A DNA stretch of 55,467 nt, taken from positions 62,284,875 through 62,340,341 of the forward strand of contig NC_068986.1 of NCBI RefSeq assembly GCF_001194135.2, given 5' to 3'. A model generated the notes under the pieces. The model saw nothing but the letters and a program-made list of their open reading frames with translations, did no database searches and was not told the origin of the DNA. The number at the start of each line of letters is the position of its first letter. Positions within the stretch are counted from its first letter, which is position 1. The DNA is from Octopus bimaculoides. Lineage: Eukaryota. Shown piece after piece: positions 1 through 12,066 of this stretch. A program made the translations under genes and the position numbers.

Positions 1-1435
1 CAGAACCTGAAGACCTTAAGGAAAAACTACGAAGGGGAGAGAGAGGATGGAGGGGTAGACAGAGGCATGGCGGGAGAAAAGATCATCATCATCATCATCA
101 TATATATATATAAAGAGAGAGAGAGAGAGAGGGGGGACCAGTCAAGCAGCACATCACGCTGTAATTCTTGGGCTGAGAAATCAACACTTAAAAGCCATAA
201 TTTTAAGGAGCGATAAGAATTTTTGAATAAAGGAAAATGGGTAGTGGTGGGTAGGTACCGCCAGCGAGTAGATAGGGCTCTTAATTGTAGATTTTAAATA
301 TTTGAGAGACAACAATGCATATATATATATAATAATAATGATAATAATCAAGGTGGCTAGCACTAATTTAAAACCAACAAGGAAATAATTCACTGTCACT
401 AAGAGTGACAAGGGTGCAGTGAGCACCAGCATTGCTAGAAATAGGAGTCTTACACTCCTTAACCACAAAAGCATGTGGTGTCTTTGTATTGACAGGGGAG
501 AAAACCTTTTCCACTCTGAGTGAGGTGCATTAGATTAGCATGCTAATTTCGTATAGGAAATTAATACTCATAAGTAATATTCACTTCATCACAGCTTGTA
601 GAGGCCAACTCAACCTGTCAATATTATCGAGAATGCCATTGAAATCAGTGACTGATTTCACAAAATGGCAAAGTGAAAAATTATAAACTAATCAAGATGG
701 CTAGCAGCAATTTAAAATCAACAAGAAATAATTCACCATCACTATATATAAACTGACGCAGAGTATGATCAAGTCCTATTACCAAAAAAAGAAAACAAAA
801 AAAAAAAAACCTCTCATCCACATCTCACAAGCTGCAATGGTTTTTCTGACCACGTAGTTTGTACAATTTTTTATGGGTAGGAAGGAGGCAGGACATTTGA
901 TTGCAGTATCTTAACCATATTTTGTTTATAGAAACCACACAGATTTCATAGAAATATTGCCAATTTAAAGCTTTGTTATTAAACTTTTGAAAATAGTGAC
1001 ACTACCTTGATTAGTGATGCATTGGGGGTGATGAATAACTGAGATGTGGGATGGAACGATGGTCGGAATTTGATAAGTTCAGAACTTAAGGTTCATTCAT
1101 TTATTATTTCATTAAAGACTTTTGTTTTGGCTGTGCAGACTTAATCATGAGTGGAATTTGTAGAATATATATATATACCATATGTTGTATATTATGACAT
1201 TTCAATTAGCTATTATATATTTTATTACATTAAGAAAATACATATTTAATAAATAATTAAATTAGATTAAGAAAATATGAAGTACACCATAATAATAATT
1301 TAATAATTTTGTATAATTTTAATTTATAAATACCTTGTAAGATACTCCTCCAGCTGTTTATAGCTGGCCAAGATCATCCTGTCCAGAGCGTAGTGGGACA
1401 TTAATATGTTGCTGGGAGGGCTCCACTACATGCAG

Positions 1436-1875
1436 TGGTAGCATCATCATCATCATCATCATCATTGTTTAACGTCCGTTTTCCATGCTGGCATGGGTTG
1501 GACGGTTTGATTGAGGTCTGGAGAGCTAGTGGCTGTACCAGGCTCCAGTCTGATCTGGCAATGTTTCTACAGCTGGATGCCTTTCCTAATGCCAACCACT
1601 CCAAGAGTGTAAAGGGTGCCACCAGCACAGGAGCCAGTCAGGCGGGCCTGGCATCAATTATGTTCGGATAGTGTTTTATATGTGCCACTGGCACAGGAGC
1701 CTGTCAGGGGTACTGGCACATTTGAATGGTGCTTTTTATGTGCCACCGGCACAAGAGCCAGTCAGGTGGTCCTGGCATCAATCACATTTGGATAGTGTTT
1801 TTTACATACCACTGGCATGGGAGCCAATCAGTGGGTACTGGCATTGGCCATGTTTGGATGGTGCTTTTTATGTGC
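1436..1875 (-). mobile_element. RTE LINE 3' end with (GAT)n tail and ~60-bp tandem 3'UTR repeats
   Basis: (CAT)n followed by gtttaacgtccgttttccatgctggcatgggttggac...ctggatgcctttcctaatgccaacc is the reverse complement of the terminus of the RTE copy at 19990-22115. It is followed by 4-5 degenerate gtgcttttatgtgccac units. Confidence 0.8.
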
Positions 1876-2369
1876 TGTTGTCGACAAACAGGTCTACAAT
1901 CTTTCTGTCTACCATAGACTAATGGATGCCAGTGCTAGCAGTTTAGGCAAATGCCTCACCAATGCTGAGCTGGCATGCTTTCTTTGCACATGGATGTGAT
2001 GATTAGCTACTGACACTGCTACCAGAAGATTGTCTGTGCTTCCTGTGGGATCCTCTTCTTAAACTGGACAGCGTGCACTGGATGTTTCCTCTTGACGTGT
2101 GACTTCAAGTTGTGGGGCCATGGGTTCTGAGAGAGCAGTGCATGCCATCAAAGTGACACTGGGGTAAAATATACAAAGCCCAATATACCCATCATGACTA
2201 CCCGTCTGATAAGGGTACACCAGGCACATGCATCACAACCATATGTGCACGACATGGTGATCTCATATCAAGATAAACAGCGCATGACCTCGCAGGTGGG
2301 GCCCAGTTAGAATTTTTTTCAGGTCGAGTAGCCCATCCCGCTCAAAAGGTCCCTGAATAAGGTTTGTTT

Positions 2370-4430
2370 AAGGATGTTGAGCAAAGGTAGAAAGATTGAT
2401 TGAGGAGAGTATCTTAATCCTATGGAAGGAGGAAGTGAAGAGTGGAGTGCTGCCACTAATGGCAGTGGTGCAGCCAACAAAGTGCAAGGTCAGACTGGTA
2501 CTGAAATTTTGAGAGCTGAATGACCATGTATCGTGCCACATGGGTGACAAGGTGACTGATGTCTGCAGAGAGACGTTGCGAAAATGGAGATGGATGACCA
2601 GGGCAGTAACAATTATTGACTTGAAGTTGGCATATCTGCAGCTCTGTGTGAGCAAGAAATTGTGACAGCATCAGCTAGTGAGATATAAGGGCCAGACATA
2701 CTGTTTGACTAGGCTGGGTTTTGGGCTGAATTCTACACCAAAGATCATGGCAACATTACTCAAATCTATCCTGGGAAAAAAGGTTACCAATTCCTATATA
2801 GATGACATCCTGGTAGATGAAACTGTAATGTCTGCCAAAGAGGTCATAGGTCACCTAAAGAAGTTTTAGCTGACTGCAAAACCACCAGAGCCAATGGTTG
2901 GAGGAGCTGCACTGGGGTTCAGGCTTCAAAGAGGCAAAGTAGGTGTGATGGTATTTCGGTGGCAGTGATGCAGGAAGTGGCAATGATACAGAAGTTTCTA
3001 GAGAGGATAAAAGTAGAAGACCTAGTAAGAGGAACCTGGTATGTGCCCAAATTGGAGAATGGGACTGTGTGGTGCAATGTGAGCAGCATTGCAATAGGGG
3101 TTGTCCTGGAAATCAGGAGTGTTGAAGTGGAGGACACAGCTGGGCTCTGAAAAGCAGATGATTACAACTGCATCAATGTGGCTCAATTGGATGAAGTGCT
3201 GAAGGGGGTGAATCTGGCCCTGAGATGGAGGCTGCACTCTGTTGAAATCCAAACTGATTCAACTACTGTGCTTGGGTGGAATCAGTGATCATTGATGAAA
3301 GGAGGATTTGAACCAAAGATGCAGAGATGTTAGTAAAGTGCCGCCTAGGGGTTCTGAGAGAGCTAGTCACCAAATTTGATTTGAAGCTGAGTGTGGTCTT
3401 TGTGCCCTCAGAGGGGAATAAGGCAGACATTCTAACCAAGGTAAAAAAGGCCTAGTTGGTGGTGCTGGAAGATTTGGAGTGGGGGATAGCTGTAGTGTGT
3501 TGGCTAGGTGACTCAGAACTAAGGAATGGGCACGGATGGAATACTGTATCTTGCCAGGAAGGATGACGTTACGAGGTAGAGTGTTCAAAAGGTGATCAAG
3601 AACTGTGACAGGTGTCAATCCATTGACCCTGCTCTAGGTGTGCAGGAGCTGGGAAACATCACAGTAGAGTACAACTGGAGACGATTGGTGGTGGATGTGA
3701 CACTACTGGCAGGAGACATATTTCTTGATGGTCAACTGTGGACCGGGTTGAATGGCGACATGGAGGGAAATGAAGGTAGGCACTGTGGATGGCGTTGCAC
3801 GTATTTCATTCAGGATATGTGCAATGAGATACTTCTGGAGCAGAGCCCTGTGGATGGACAACAGCACTGCATTTTGTTTGGAGATGCTGAAGGAGATTCT
3901 TGATAGGTGGAATGTGCACCGCTTCTTCAGAGCAGCATACAGACCAAGTAGGAATGAGATTGTGGAAAGACACCATTGCACGATCAAGGCCATGGCGGTG
4001 AGGGGACACATCTCACCACTCATTTTAATTCTATATATCATCCCAGTCAGGACAGGCCAAGGAGTCCGTTCCACAGAGCGTGATATTCAGGTATGGATGG
4101 TGACACCTGTGTACAGCATCACAGCATTCTGTAGAAGAGAGAGACACACCTTTCGTGCAGGCAAGAGATGAAGTCTGGCCCCCAAAGGCACACTACACAT
4201 CTCACTGGAACAGAGGGACAGTGTTGGCTGTTAATTCCCCAAATAATGTCTCTGTGGATGGAATGCTGTGTCACATCTTGGATGTTTGCAGAATTGTTGC
4301 TTCATTGGATGACAAAGGTGGAGGAGAGGAAGTGAGTGGCACTCCATCCCTGCGAGTGAGATCTCCATCCAGATGGATGGCAGATTTCAGCATGGAGTGG
4401 AGTGAGGAGGTGATCTTTGAGATCAGTGGG
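2370..4430 (+). mobile_element. Gypsy-type LTR retrotransposon pol relic (RT, RNase H, integrase), frameshifted
   Basis: RT: DLKLAYLQ, YCLTRLGFGLNSTP, YIDDILV. RNase H: WCNVSSIAIGVVLE, INVAQLDEVLKGVNLAL, EIQTDS. Integrase: CDRCQSIDP, WRRLVVDVT, ERHHCTIKAM. The domain order RT-RH-IN is the Gypsy order. Confidence 0.88.
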
Positions 4431-4431
4431 G

Positions 4432-4679
4432 TGTGTGGGGATGAGGTGAACCTGAAGGAAAGGGTCAGGGACATCAATAGCTGAGGAACCCTAAAGGAAG
4501 AGGAAGAGTGAGTGAGGATCTGGGCAAAAGTAGGACCAGCATGGGCCTGTTTGGCCTTGAGCAGTGAGAGTGGACAGACATGTGTTGACATGTGAGTTAG
4601 AAAGGGAATTAGCATAGGTTCTAGCAATAGGTTAGATGGGTAGGGCACATCTCGGATTTAACCCAGCTGGACAGTTGAC
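4432..4679 (+). mobile_element. Possible 3' LTR of the Gypsy relic
   Basis: Starts TG after a purine-rich tract and ends CA, directly after the integrase region. No second LTR is in the window to confirm it. Confidence 0.3.
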
Positions 4680-4729
4680 ACTGAGAGGTAGGTGAATTGC
4701 ACTTTGTTCTTCATATTACTGTTCCCCAT

Positions 4730-5290
4730 ACTACAGAAAGAAAGATTCCATAAGAAATGTCTCAGGTAAATTCTGGGTGTGGAGTGGACAAGTATGATAC
4801 CAAATACCAAAATAGTTGAGTAATCTGATTGTTCAAGTCTCTTGTCAAAAACCAGATGCACAAGGCAGATGCACAAAACCAGATGCACACGATTTTCTGT
4901 GGTGAATTAACGCAAGGAAAAAGGCTACAGCATAAACTCAGGAAAAGATTTAGAGACTGCACCAAGGAGAACCTGGAAGAGGAAGCACTGGATCAGTCAA
5001 ATTAGAGAACAAGGATTATGTCAGCATGTGAAATGTTGAATGAAGAAAGGGTGGTGCATGCAAAATTAAAGAGAGCTCTATAAAAAGAAGAACTAGCAGA
5101 CACTAGTAACGCAGACAACTGGAACTGTTATATTTGCCAATGTGTCTGTCTAAGCAAATCAGGCTATGTAAACCACCTGGAGGCCCATGAGAATAAATGA
5201 GCACTGCCAGTACCTCCAGGCCCCACTAAATATTTGGTCTGCAACAAGACATGCAAGACCAATCCTGGTCAAAGTTAATAAAAAAAAACT
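4730..5290 (+). mobile_element. RTE-type LINE C-terminal fragment with C2H2 zinc finger
   Basis: Translates KCLR*ILGVEWTSMIPNTKIVE (RTE thumb motif) and CYICQCVCLSKSGYVNHLEAH, and ends in an A-rich tail. Confidence 0.7.
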
Positions 5291-5600
5291 ACCTCAAAGT
5301 TTATAAGAAAAAAATAATAAAATTAATCCTGATTACACATGTCATTTATGTTTAATACCATGTAAGTCATTGGTTGGCCTGAAAAGTCATATCAATGCAT
5401 ATGCAAGGTTGAAAGTAAATCAGAATAATCAAGTGAGATGGCCATCATCTGACAAGATGAGGCAATCATCATCTATACATATAAATTTGACATGGGCGAT
5501 TCTTTCCTGTCTTAGGATTCACAGTTAAACGGCTAGGTGGAATTGCATGAAAGATTACACAGATGTGTAGAATGATCTGGTGGTGATGCTGGGCTTTGTA

Positions 5601-5830
5601 TTTTTTTCATAGCTCCCATGGTTACCGAGATAATCTACTATAATGATACTCTTGTGTTTATGAATGAGAAAGGAAGGGGTGATAGATGAATAAGGAAGGA
5701 AGGGGTGATGTCATATGTTTTTCATAGCTCCCATGGTTACTGAGATAATCTACTATAATAATACTCTTGTGTTTATGAATGAGAAAGGAAGGGGCGATAA
5801 ATGAATAAGGAAGGAAGGGGTGATGTCATA
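5601..5830 (+). repeat. 115-bp direct tandem duplication (2 copies)
   Basis: ttcatagctcccatggttac...ggggtgatgtcata occurs at 5606 and again at 5721 with few mismatches. Confidence 0.9.
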
Positions 5831-5943
5831 CTTGGTAGTGAGATGATAAAAATTGTATGCTGAAAAAAATAAATCAAACAGCGTTTCAACTCTGTGAATA
5901 TATGTGTGTATGTAAATGGGGGTGGGTATGTGAATGTGTGTGT

Positions 5944-6026
5944 GTTATTTCTTTACTACCCACAAGGAGCTACACACAGAGGGGACAAACAAGGACAGAC
6001 AAACGGATTAAGTCAATTATACTGAC

Positions 6027-6029
<3 letters not shown>
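5944..6029 (-). mobile_element. SINE 3' fragment
   Basis: ttatttctttactacccacaaggagctacacacagaggggacaaacaaggacagacaaacggattaagtcaattatactgacccca. Its end matches the taagtcgattacatcgacccc core of the SINEs at 33.5-42.3 kb. Confidence 0.6.
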
Positions 6030-6079
<50 letters not shown>

Positions 6080-6099
6080 GTATATGTATATATGTATAA

Positions 6100-6190
6100 C
6101 TTGAGTGATTAAAGAAAGAGTTAGACTAGATAAGATGCAGCTAAGTTTTGTTCTAAGAAAAAGTACTACAGATGCCTTCTTCCTGATGGG
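6100..6190 (+). mobile_element. RTE RT fragment
   Basis: IKERVRLDKMQLSFVLRKSTTDAFFL resembles the RTE motif EMQFGFVPGRSTTDAIF. Confidence 0.6.
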
Positions 6191-6639
6191 CAATTGCTGG
6201 AGAGGCACTTACCACTCATACTTTTGCAAACTATTGTCTCTTTCTATCTATCCTGCTGCTGTTCACCCTCCTGTACTACTAATCAACGTCTACTCCCCAA
6301 CTCTATGTATCATTGATTATCCCACCATCACTCACTACATTCACCCCTACACTCTCCCCAATCTTTAGTCACCTTCTTCTCTCCCCTACCTTCCATCCAA
6401 CTCATATTTTATCATAGACATCTCACTGTGTATGTATACTGTAATTTTACTCACTGTGTACCACTAAGACTAGTATGTGCAAAGTTCATTCCTTTGCTGT
6501 CTTTTTGAGTTTAAATTTTGTCATATCAAGCTTGTATGTGTGTGTGTGTGTATATAAACACACGCACACACACAAACTTGGTTTCTCTTACACCTTGATG
6601 AAAGATACCAAGACATATATATATATATATGTATCATTA

Positions 6640-6849
6640 TCATCATCATCATCGTTTAACGTCCGCTTTCCATGCTAGCATGGGTTGGACGATTTGACTG
6701 AGGACTGGTGAACCGGATGGCTACACCAGGCTCCAATCTGATTTGGCAGAGTTTCTACAGCTGGATGCCCTTCCTAACGCCAACCACTCCAAGAGTGTAG
6801 TGGGTGCTTTTACGTGCCATTGGCACGAAGGCCAGTCAGGTGGTACTGG

Positions 6850-6850
<1 letters not shown>
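6640..6850 (-). mobile_element. RTE LINE 3' end (5'-truncated)
   Basis: Same (CAT)n-gtttaacgtccgctttccatgctagcatggg terminus as at 1436, 15148, 22115 and 31130. Confidence 0.85.
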
Positions 6851-6907
<57 letters not shown>

Positions 6908-7829
6908 ATACACACAAGCTTGGTGTCTTTCAACAAAGTATAAGAGAAACAACACTCAACAAGGCATAGCATGAAAGCAAAGAAGAAAGAATAGGAGAGA
7001 ATTGAAAAGTGTCTAACTTGGACAAAATTATATATATGTGGTTATTTGTAGATATCTCTTCTGTTACTGCATTCATTGTTTCTGTCTATAGTTTTCTGCC
7101 TCATTGTTGTCCTTTACATTCAGGCCATCTTTGCCCATCATCTCAGTGATATTCCCTATATCACTGATGAAACCAGAGTAGTACCATGGTCTTTAGACAA
7201 TAAATGCATTGAAACTATGATGAATCTGGCCTCCATGGCTGATTAGAGGATTTCCATGTTTACTTATCCTTTACCCTTTTCTGTTAATTGTTTCTATGTT
7301 CCATTTTGATTTTTCTTTACATACACACACACATGCATGTGTGCACCCACATGCCTATGTGTCTGTTGTTTGTGTAAACCCAAAGATTGATGACTTCATC
7401 TAATATTGGATTATGAAAACACAATGTTCACTGAAATAGGTTATAACACTAAAACTATATTTTAATCAGAGTTAATACATTCAACTTTTTGTGAAGAGGA
7501 GGAATGTATTCCTGAGGCCAAGGGAAATAAATATTATGTAATTTTTTCCCATGAGACAAGTTTTTCTCCTCACATACAAGCAATTGTAGTTTTTATGTGC
7601 TCGTGACTTACAGGTTCTAGCATCTATCCCACTTCCCAATATCTTATCTACTTAGTCATTTCATTTTACCTCTTTAATATCAAGTAGTGCAGATGGGTGT
7701 AAGTAAAATCATGTAAAATAATGACATATCTTAGATGTATACATGTATTTTCATCAAAGTCCTTTGTGTTCTACTTAAAACATACAGTGTCACTGCTGAC
7801 ATGTATGTCATAGGTTCACCACCATTGTT

Positions 7830-8040
7830 TTAAACAGATGTTATTGTTGAGTTCTGATCAAGCTGGTCCATGATTAAAGGCATTCCAGCTGTGACCATAT
7901 GTTTTTTTCCTGAGATTACATTGTTCAAAGTATTCATCCTCTTTTTTTTTAAGGTGGCAGGGTGTGATTTGAGGGAAACTTGGTTGCTGTTTCTTGCAGG
8001 TTGAGCAACTTCATAGGGGCTTCCTCAGCTCATGCTACAG
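7830..8040. repeat. Unclassified interspersed repeat
   Basis: The gtgtgatttgaggg...ttggttgctgtttcttgcagg segment recurs in degenerate form near 19735 and 32130. Confidence 0.4.
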
Positions 8041-8309
8041 ACAGTTGTATGCTTGTGAAAAGTCAATTTGTCATGGAGCCAATTCTTTGTACAGCTGCAA
8101 TAACATTTGTGCCAAATTTTTCATCTCCTGAAACTCAACTCACCTTGAAAATATCATTTGTACTTCCAAGGGTCATTAATTTATTTGGAAAAGTGAGAAG
8201 TCAAGATCTATTTATTTATCACTATGATTTTATTTGTGAGGAAATGGACAACAAAATCAATAGAGTACCATTAAGTCAGTCAAAAGTTGGTTGGTTCATA
8301 TCTTGTCAG

Positions 8310-8366
8310 AGTCACTGTATTGTGTCCATGCTTCAGTCCATTTGACTGTAAATTGGTATCAGAAGG
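8310..8366 (+). CDS. Candidate host exon (VTVLCPCFSPFDCKLVSE)
   Basis: Acceptor ttcatatcttgtcag, donor AAG/gtatga, open in one protein-like frame. I could not link it in phase to the next candidate exon. Confidence 0.3.
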
Positions 8367-8692
8367 TATGAACAGTTCTCTGTCGTAAGTATTAGCAATG
8401 ATATAAAACTGATTCATAATTTATTAGCTTGCAGGGCTAAATTCAACTTTTTCTGCAGGAATAAAAGAGTTAGTGTGAAAAGAATTTGTTTGGCTTCTTA
8501 CTAGCTATAGATTTTCTCAAGAGCTGACAAGGGATAGTGCCAGAAATACTCAGAAAAAATGCTATCCTACATTATTTTTGACTCCTAATATTTTTAATAC
8601 TCGGTTTCTTAGATTTACTCATCTATAACAGTGTGATTCACAACCTTAATTTGTTGTCACATATCTAATGTAATAATTATGAATTGAAATTA

Positions 8693-9340
8693 CAAGGGTA
8701 TGTTGAAAAGTTCTCAGCCTGACAAGAAGAGAATAATCTAGAGCCATGTGTTATTTTACATAATTCCCTCACACAGCTTCTGAAATCCTTCTGAATGGTT
8801 ACTAAAATATCACCTATCAGCAAAGAATCATCTGGAAATGTGCTTCCTTTGAAACTAATTTTAAGATTGGGGAATAGAAAATAAATGAATGGAGTTAGAT
8901 CTGGTGAGTAGGATAGATGTTTTAAAATAGTCCAGATTTTCAAAATAACTTTTGTTTTGCCAACCCTGTGAGCATTGTTCTGGAAAAAATTAACAAAAAG
9001 CTGACTAAATACCTTTCCTCACTGTTTTGCTTATAGTGCTTCATTTTATTTCAATTTGTTCAGTTAGTTAGAGTAATATACTGTATTCACTGTTTGGCTC
9101 TTCTGAAGATAGTGAACAAAATCCTGTTCTTATCTCCAAACAACAGTGGTCATGACATTTCCACAGACTTTTAGGTCTTGAATATTTTGGTCCTGGAGAA
9201 CCACTGAAATTGCTGAAATTACTGCAAAATTTGACTTTACTTGCAATCAACATTTCCCTGGATACCTTCACTGTTTCAGCAAATGATTTGGTTGAGATTT
9301 GTTGATTAGCCAAGATTTCAGGAAATGACATTATTGATGT
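8693..9340 (-). mobile_element. Mariner transposon relic, internally deleted
   Basis: TA followed by TIR caagggtatgttgaaaagttctcagcct. Minus strand gives KHLSYSPDLTPFIYFLFPNLK (YSPDL motif), SGSPGPK and an HTH-like ILANQQISTKSFAETVKVSRE. Confidence 0.8.
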
Positions 9341-9845
9341 GCATTGTTAAGGCTATAAAGAGTGTAGGTTTAGCAGAGTTTATCCTCTTATTGACATCAT
9401 GAATATGATCATGGTATTTAGATCACAATGACCAAGTTCCCTTAGCTCTAAATAGATTCTGCAGGGTGATGAATGATATAAATCATCATTGCAAGTAGTG
9501 AAAGTATTGTGAAATTGTTGAGTGTTTTGTCATCTCGCAACAGAAAAATTATCTGCAGCTAGTGCCAATTATTTCTCACTTGAAGAATGTTTGAGAAACC
9601 TGAGATATGCGCATACATATGAATTCTTGTGATTCAGGGGTAAAAATGAAAGATAAGGAATCATGATGATTACAAGTTATTTTATTTGATATTTGAAATT
9701 TAGAGAAAATGTATAATTTAAATCTGAAAAGAAACAAAATTAATTTCTATTGTGAAAGAACTTATACTGTTCTATATTTAAGAGACGAGGAATTATGTAC
9801 ATTATTTACATTTGACGGATATTTGTCCTCATCTTGTTTGTTGTT

Positions 9846-9891
9846 AACACAACGTTTTGGCTGATATAGCCTCCATCCTTCATCAGGTGTC
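9846..9891 (-). ncRNA. Minimal type-I hammerhead ribozyme, degenerate copy
   Basis: Minus strand reads gacac CTGATGA a ggatg gaggctatat cagcc aAAA c GTT gtgtt. The G of GAAA is mutated and stem II has one mismatch. Confidence 0.65.
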
Positions 9892-9954
9892 TTGGGGAAA
9901 TTTCGAACCTGGGTTCTTATTCCTAAGGTATTTTTCGATGATGATGATGATATT

Positions 9955-9956
<2 letters not shown>

Positions 9957-10029
<73 letters not shown>
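9957..10029. repeat. (TTG)n microsatellite
   Basis: About 24 uninterrupted TTG units. Confidence 0.95.
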
Positions 10030-10030
<1 letters not shown>

Positions 10031-10955
10031 TCCTTCTTTCTTCAAATTTTCTTCCATTTCTTGCCGAGTGTTTTCCGTACACCTAGGGCTGAGAAGCTCA
10101 TTGTATGCATTCCCAGTTTACACATGAAAATTCACAGGTAAAATATGTATTAAAAAAAAATTAATAAATGCTTGCTTACCAACCACATGGTCCCGGGTTC
10201 AGTCCCACTGCGTGGCATCTTGGGCAAGTGTCTTCTACTATAGCCTCGGGCCGACCAAAGCCTTGTGAGTGGATTTGGTAGACGGAAACTGAAAGAAGCC
10301 CGTCGTATATATGTATATATATATGTGTATGTATGTATGTGTTTGTGTGTCTGTGTTTGTCCCCCCAACATCGCTTGACAACCGATGCTGGTGTGTTTAT
10401 GTCCCCGTAACTTTGCGGTTCGGCAAAAGAGACCGATAGAATAAGTACTAGGCTTCTAAAGAATAAGTCCTGGGGTCGATTTGCTCGACTAAAGGCGGTG
10501 CTCCAACATGGCCGCAGTTAAAAGACTGAAACAAGTAAAAGAGTAAATAAATAAATTCATGAATATATGTTGTTTTCATAGCGATAATGCTCTTCTCAGT
10601 ACATGAGCCGTTCCGGTTAACACGATTTTTTGCACTTCCTGTAGGGATGGTAAGCCTGGTATCATTTTCAAATAGGTTTCAGTACCTTTTTTTTATCATT
10701 CCTAGAGATCCTACAATCACTGGTATGGTAGTCGCCTTGAAATGCCACATTTTTTCAATTTATATTAGCAAGTCTTTATATTTACTGATCTTGTCAAATT
10801 CTTTCGCCACTATATTGTGATCGCAAGGAATACTCATGTCAATTAATAAACACGTCTTCTTTGTCTGATCTTTTATAATAATATCCGGTTTATTAGCTTT
10901 TATAGTTTTGTCGGTATGTACGGGGAAGTCCCCGAGAATCAACACATTTTCTTCC
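10030..10955 (-). mobile_element. R4/Dong LINE 3' fragment (REL endonuclease and 3'UTR), split by a SINE
   Basis: DFPVHTDKTIKANKPDIIIKDQTKKTCLLIDMSIPCDHNIVAKEFDKISKYKDLLIEIEKMW is a PD-(D/E)xK restriction-like nuclease, homologous to the copies at 41.3 and 43.1 kb. Both sides are microsatellite. Assigning 10030-10165 to the 3'UTR is inference. Confidence 0.85.
10169..10546 (+). mobile_element. tRNA-derived SINE (CORE-like), 5'-clipped, relatively young
   Basis: B box ggttcagtccc, cttgggcaagtgtctt core, internal (TA/TG)n tract and (agtaaa)n tail. CpGs are retained. Confidence 0.85.
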
Positions 10956-10989
10956 ATCATTATTATCATCATCATCATCATCATCATCA

Positions 10990-11026
<37 letters not shown>

Positions 11027-11027
11027 T

Positions 11028-11099
11028 GTCACTGCCTGGAATCGAATTTGGAATCTTGGGGCTAGTAGCCTGTACTCTTAACCACTATGCCATATGCCC
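11028..11099 (-). promoter_or_regulatory. tRNA-like A/B-box module in PLE 3' repeat (inverted copy)
   Basis: Reverse complement of 14025-14097: tggcatagtgg A box and attcgattcc B-box-like sequence. Confidence 0.65.
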
Positions 11100-11982
11100 A
11101 TGGGCAATTATGGAGTGAATTTTAGGGCTTATAAATCTAATATTTTCCTATCCTTCCTTAATACCGGTTCCCATATGCTATTCATATTTGCACTCGGCCT
11201 GCTTAGGAGGTTGTTGTGTCCTAGCGTATGTGCTGCTTTTAGTTTTCGTATTTTCCAGTGGTGTTCTCAGGGGAGGTGGTCTCCATTTTTCCATACATGA
11301 TCAGCTATACCTGATTTATCAATATCTTCTCGTGTCATAGCTTTGCGATGTTTTTCTACCCTTATTTTGAGGAAGCAGCATATTTCGCCTTTGTATAACC
11401 TACCACAGCTGCATGGGATGGAGTACACGCAGTCTTTGGTCATATTCTCTTCTAGTGGTAGTTTTACTCAAAGGAGGTATTTGCGAAGTGTTGTATTACT
11501 CTTGAATACTGTCCTGATGTCATATGGGCCGCATATCTTTTGTACCTTTTCAGAGAGGCCTTTCACATAGAGTAGACAGACTGTAGACTGTTTATGGTTT
11601 CATCCTCTCTTTTCTTCATAATTGGAGTAGATAGTATGTTTTTGAGATAGTTGTTGCTTAATAGATTGTTACTGAGCTTGATCATTTCTTCATGGTGGGT
11701 ATCATGATCGCTACTTATATTCTTTGCTTGATGTTTTAGGCACTGAGCAATTCCTCTCTTTACACTGTATGGATAGTGGGAATTGAAGTTAAGGTATCAT
11801 CCAGTGAAGGTTGGATTGCGGTATACAGATGTCCTGATTCCATACTTGGTGCGTGTTATTAATATGTCCAGGAATGCTAGCTGATTGTCTGTTCCCTTTT
11901 TCATTGTGAACTGTATGGATGGCTTTATTGAGTTTACATGATCTAACAGCACTTGGACATCTTCCAGGTGGGGCCAGAGAAT

Positions 11983-12066
11983 AAAGGTGTCATCAACATA
12001 CCGCAGTGTATAAAGGTGTCATCAACATATCGCAGTGTGTAAAAGTGTCATCAACGTATCACAGCC
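11983..12066 (-). repeat. 3 x 29-bp tandem repeat encoding the RT YVDDTF motif
   Basis: aaaggtgtcatcaacata starts at 11983, 12012 and 12041; the minus strand reads LRYVDDTF. Confidence 0.9.

Noticed and set aside
2120-2370. Segment I recall as a common Octopus interspersed repeat, next to the Gypsy relic
   Set aside because: No second copy, TIR or TSD in the window to support a classification.
9544-9640. Exon candidate EKLSAASANYFSLEECLRNLRYAHTYEFL, phase-compatible with 8366
   Set aside because: It hits TGA before any good donor and cannot be joined in phase to 19824; the kinesin-like LRYA resemblance is too weak.
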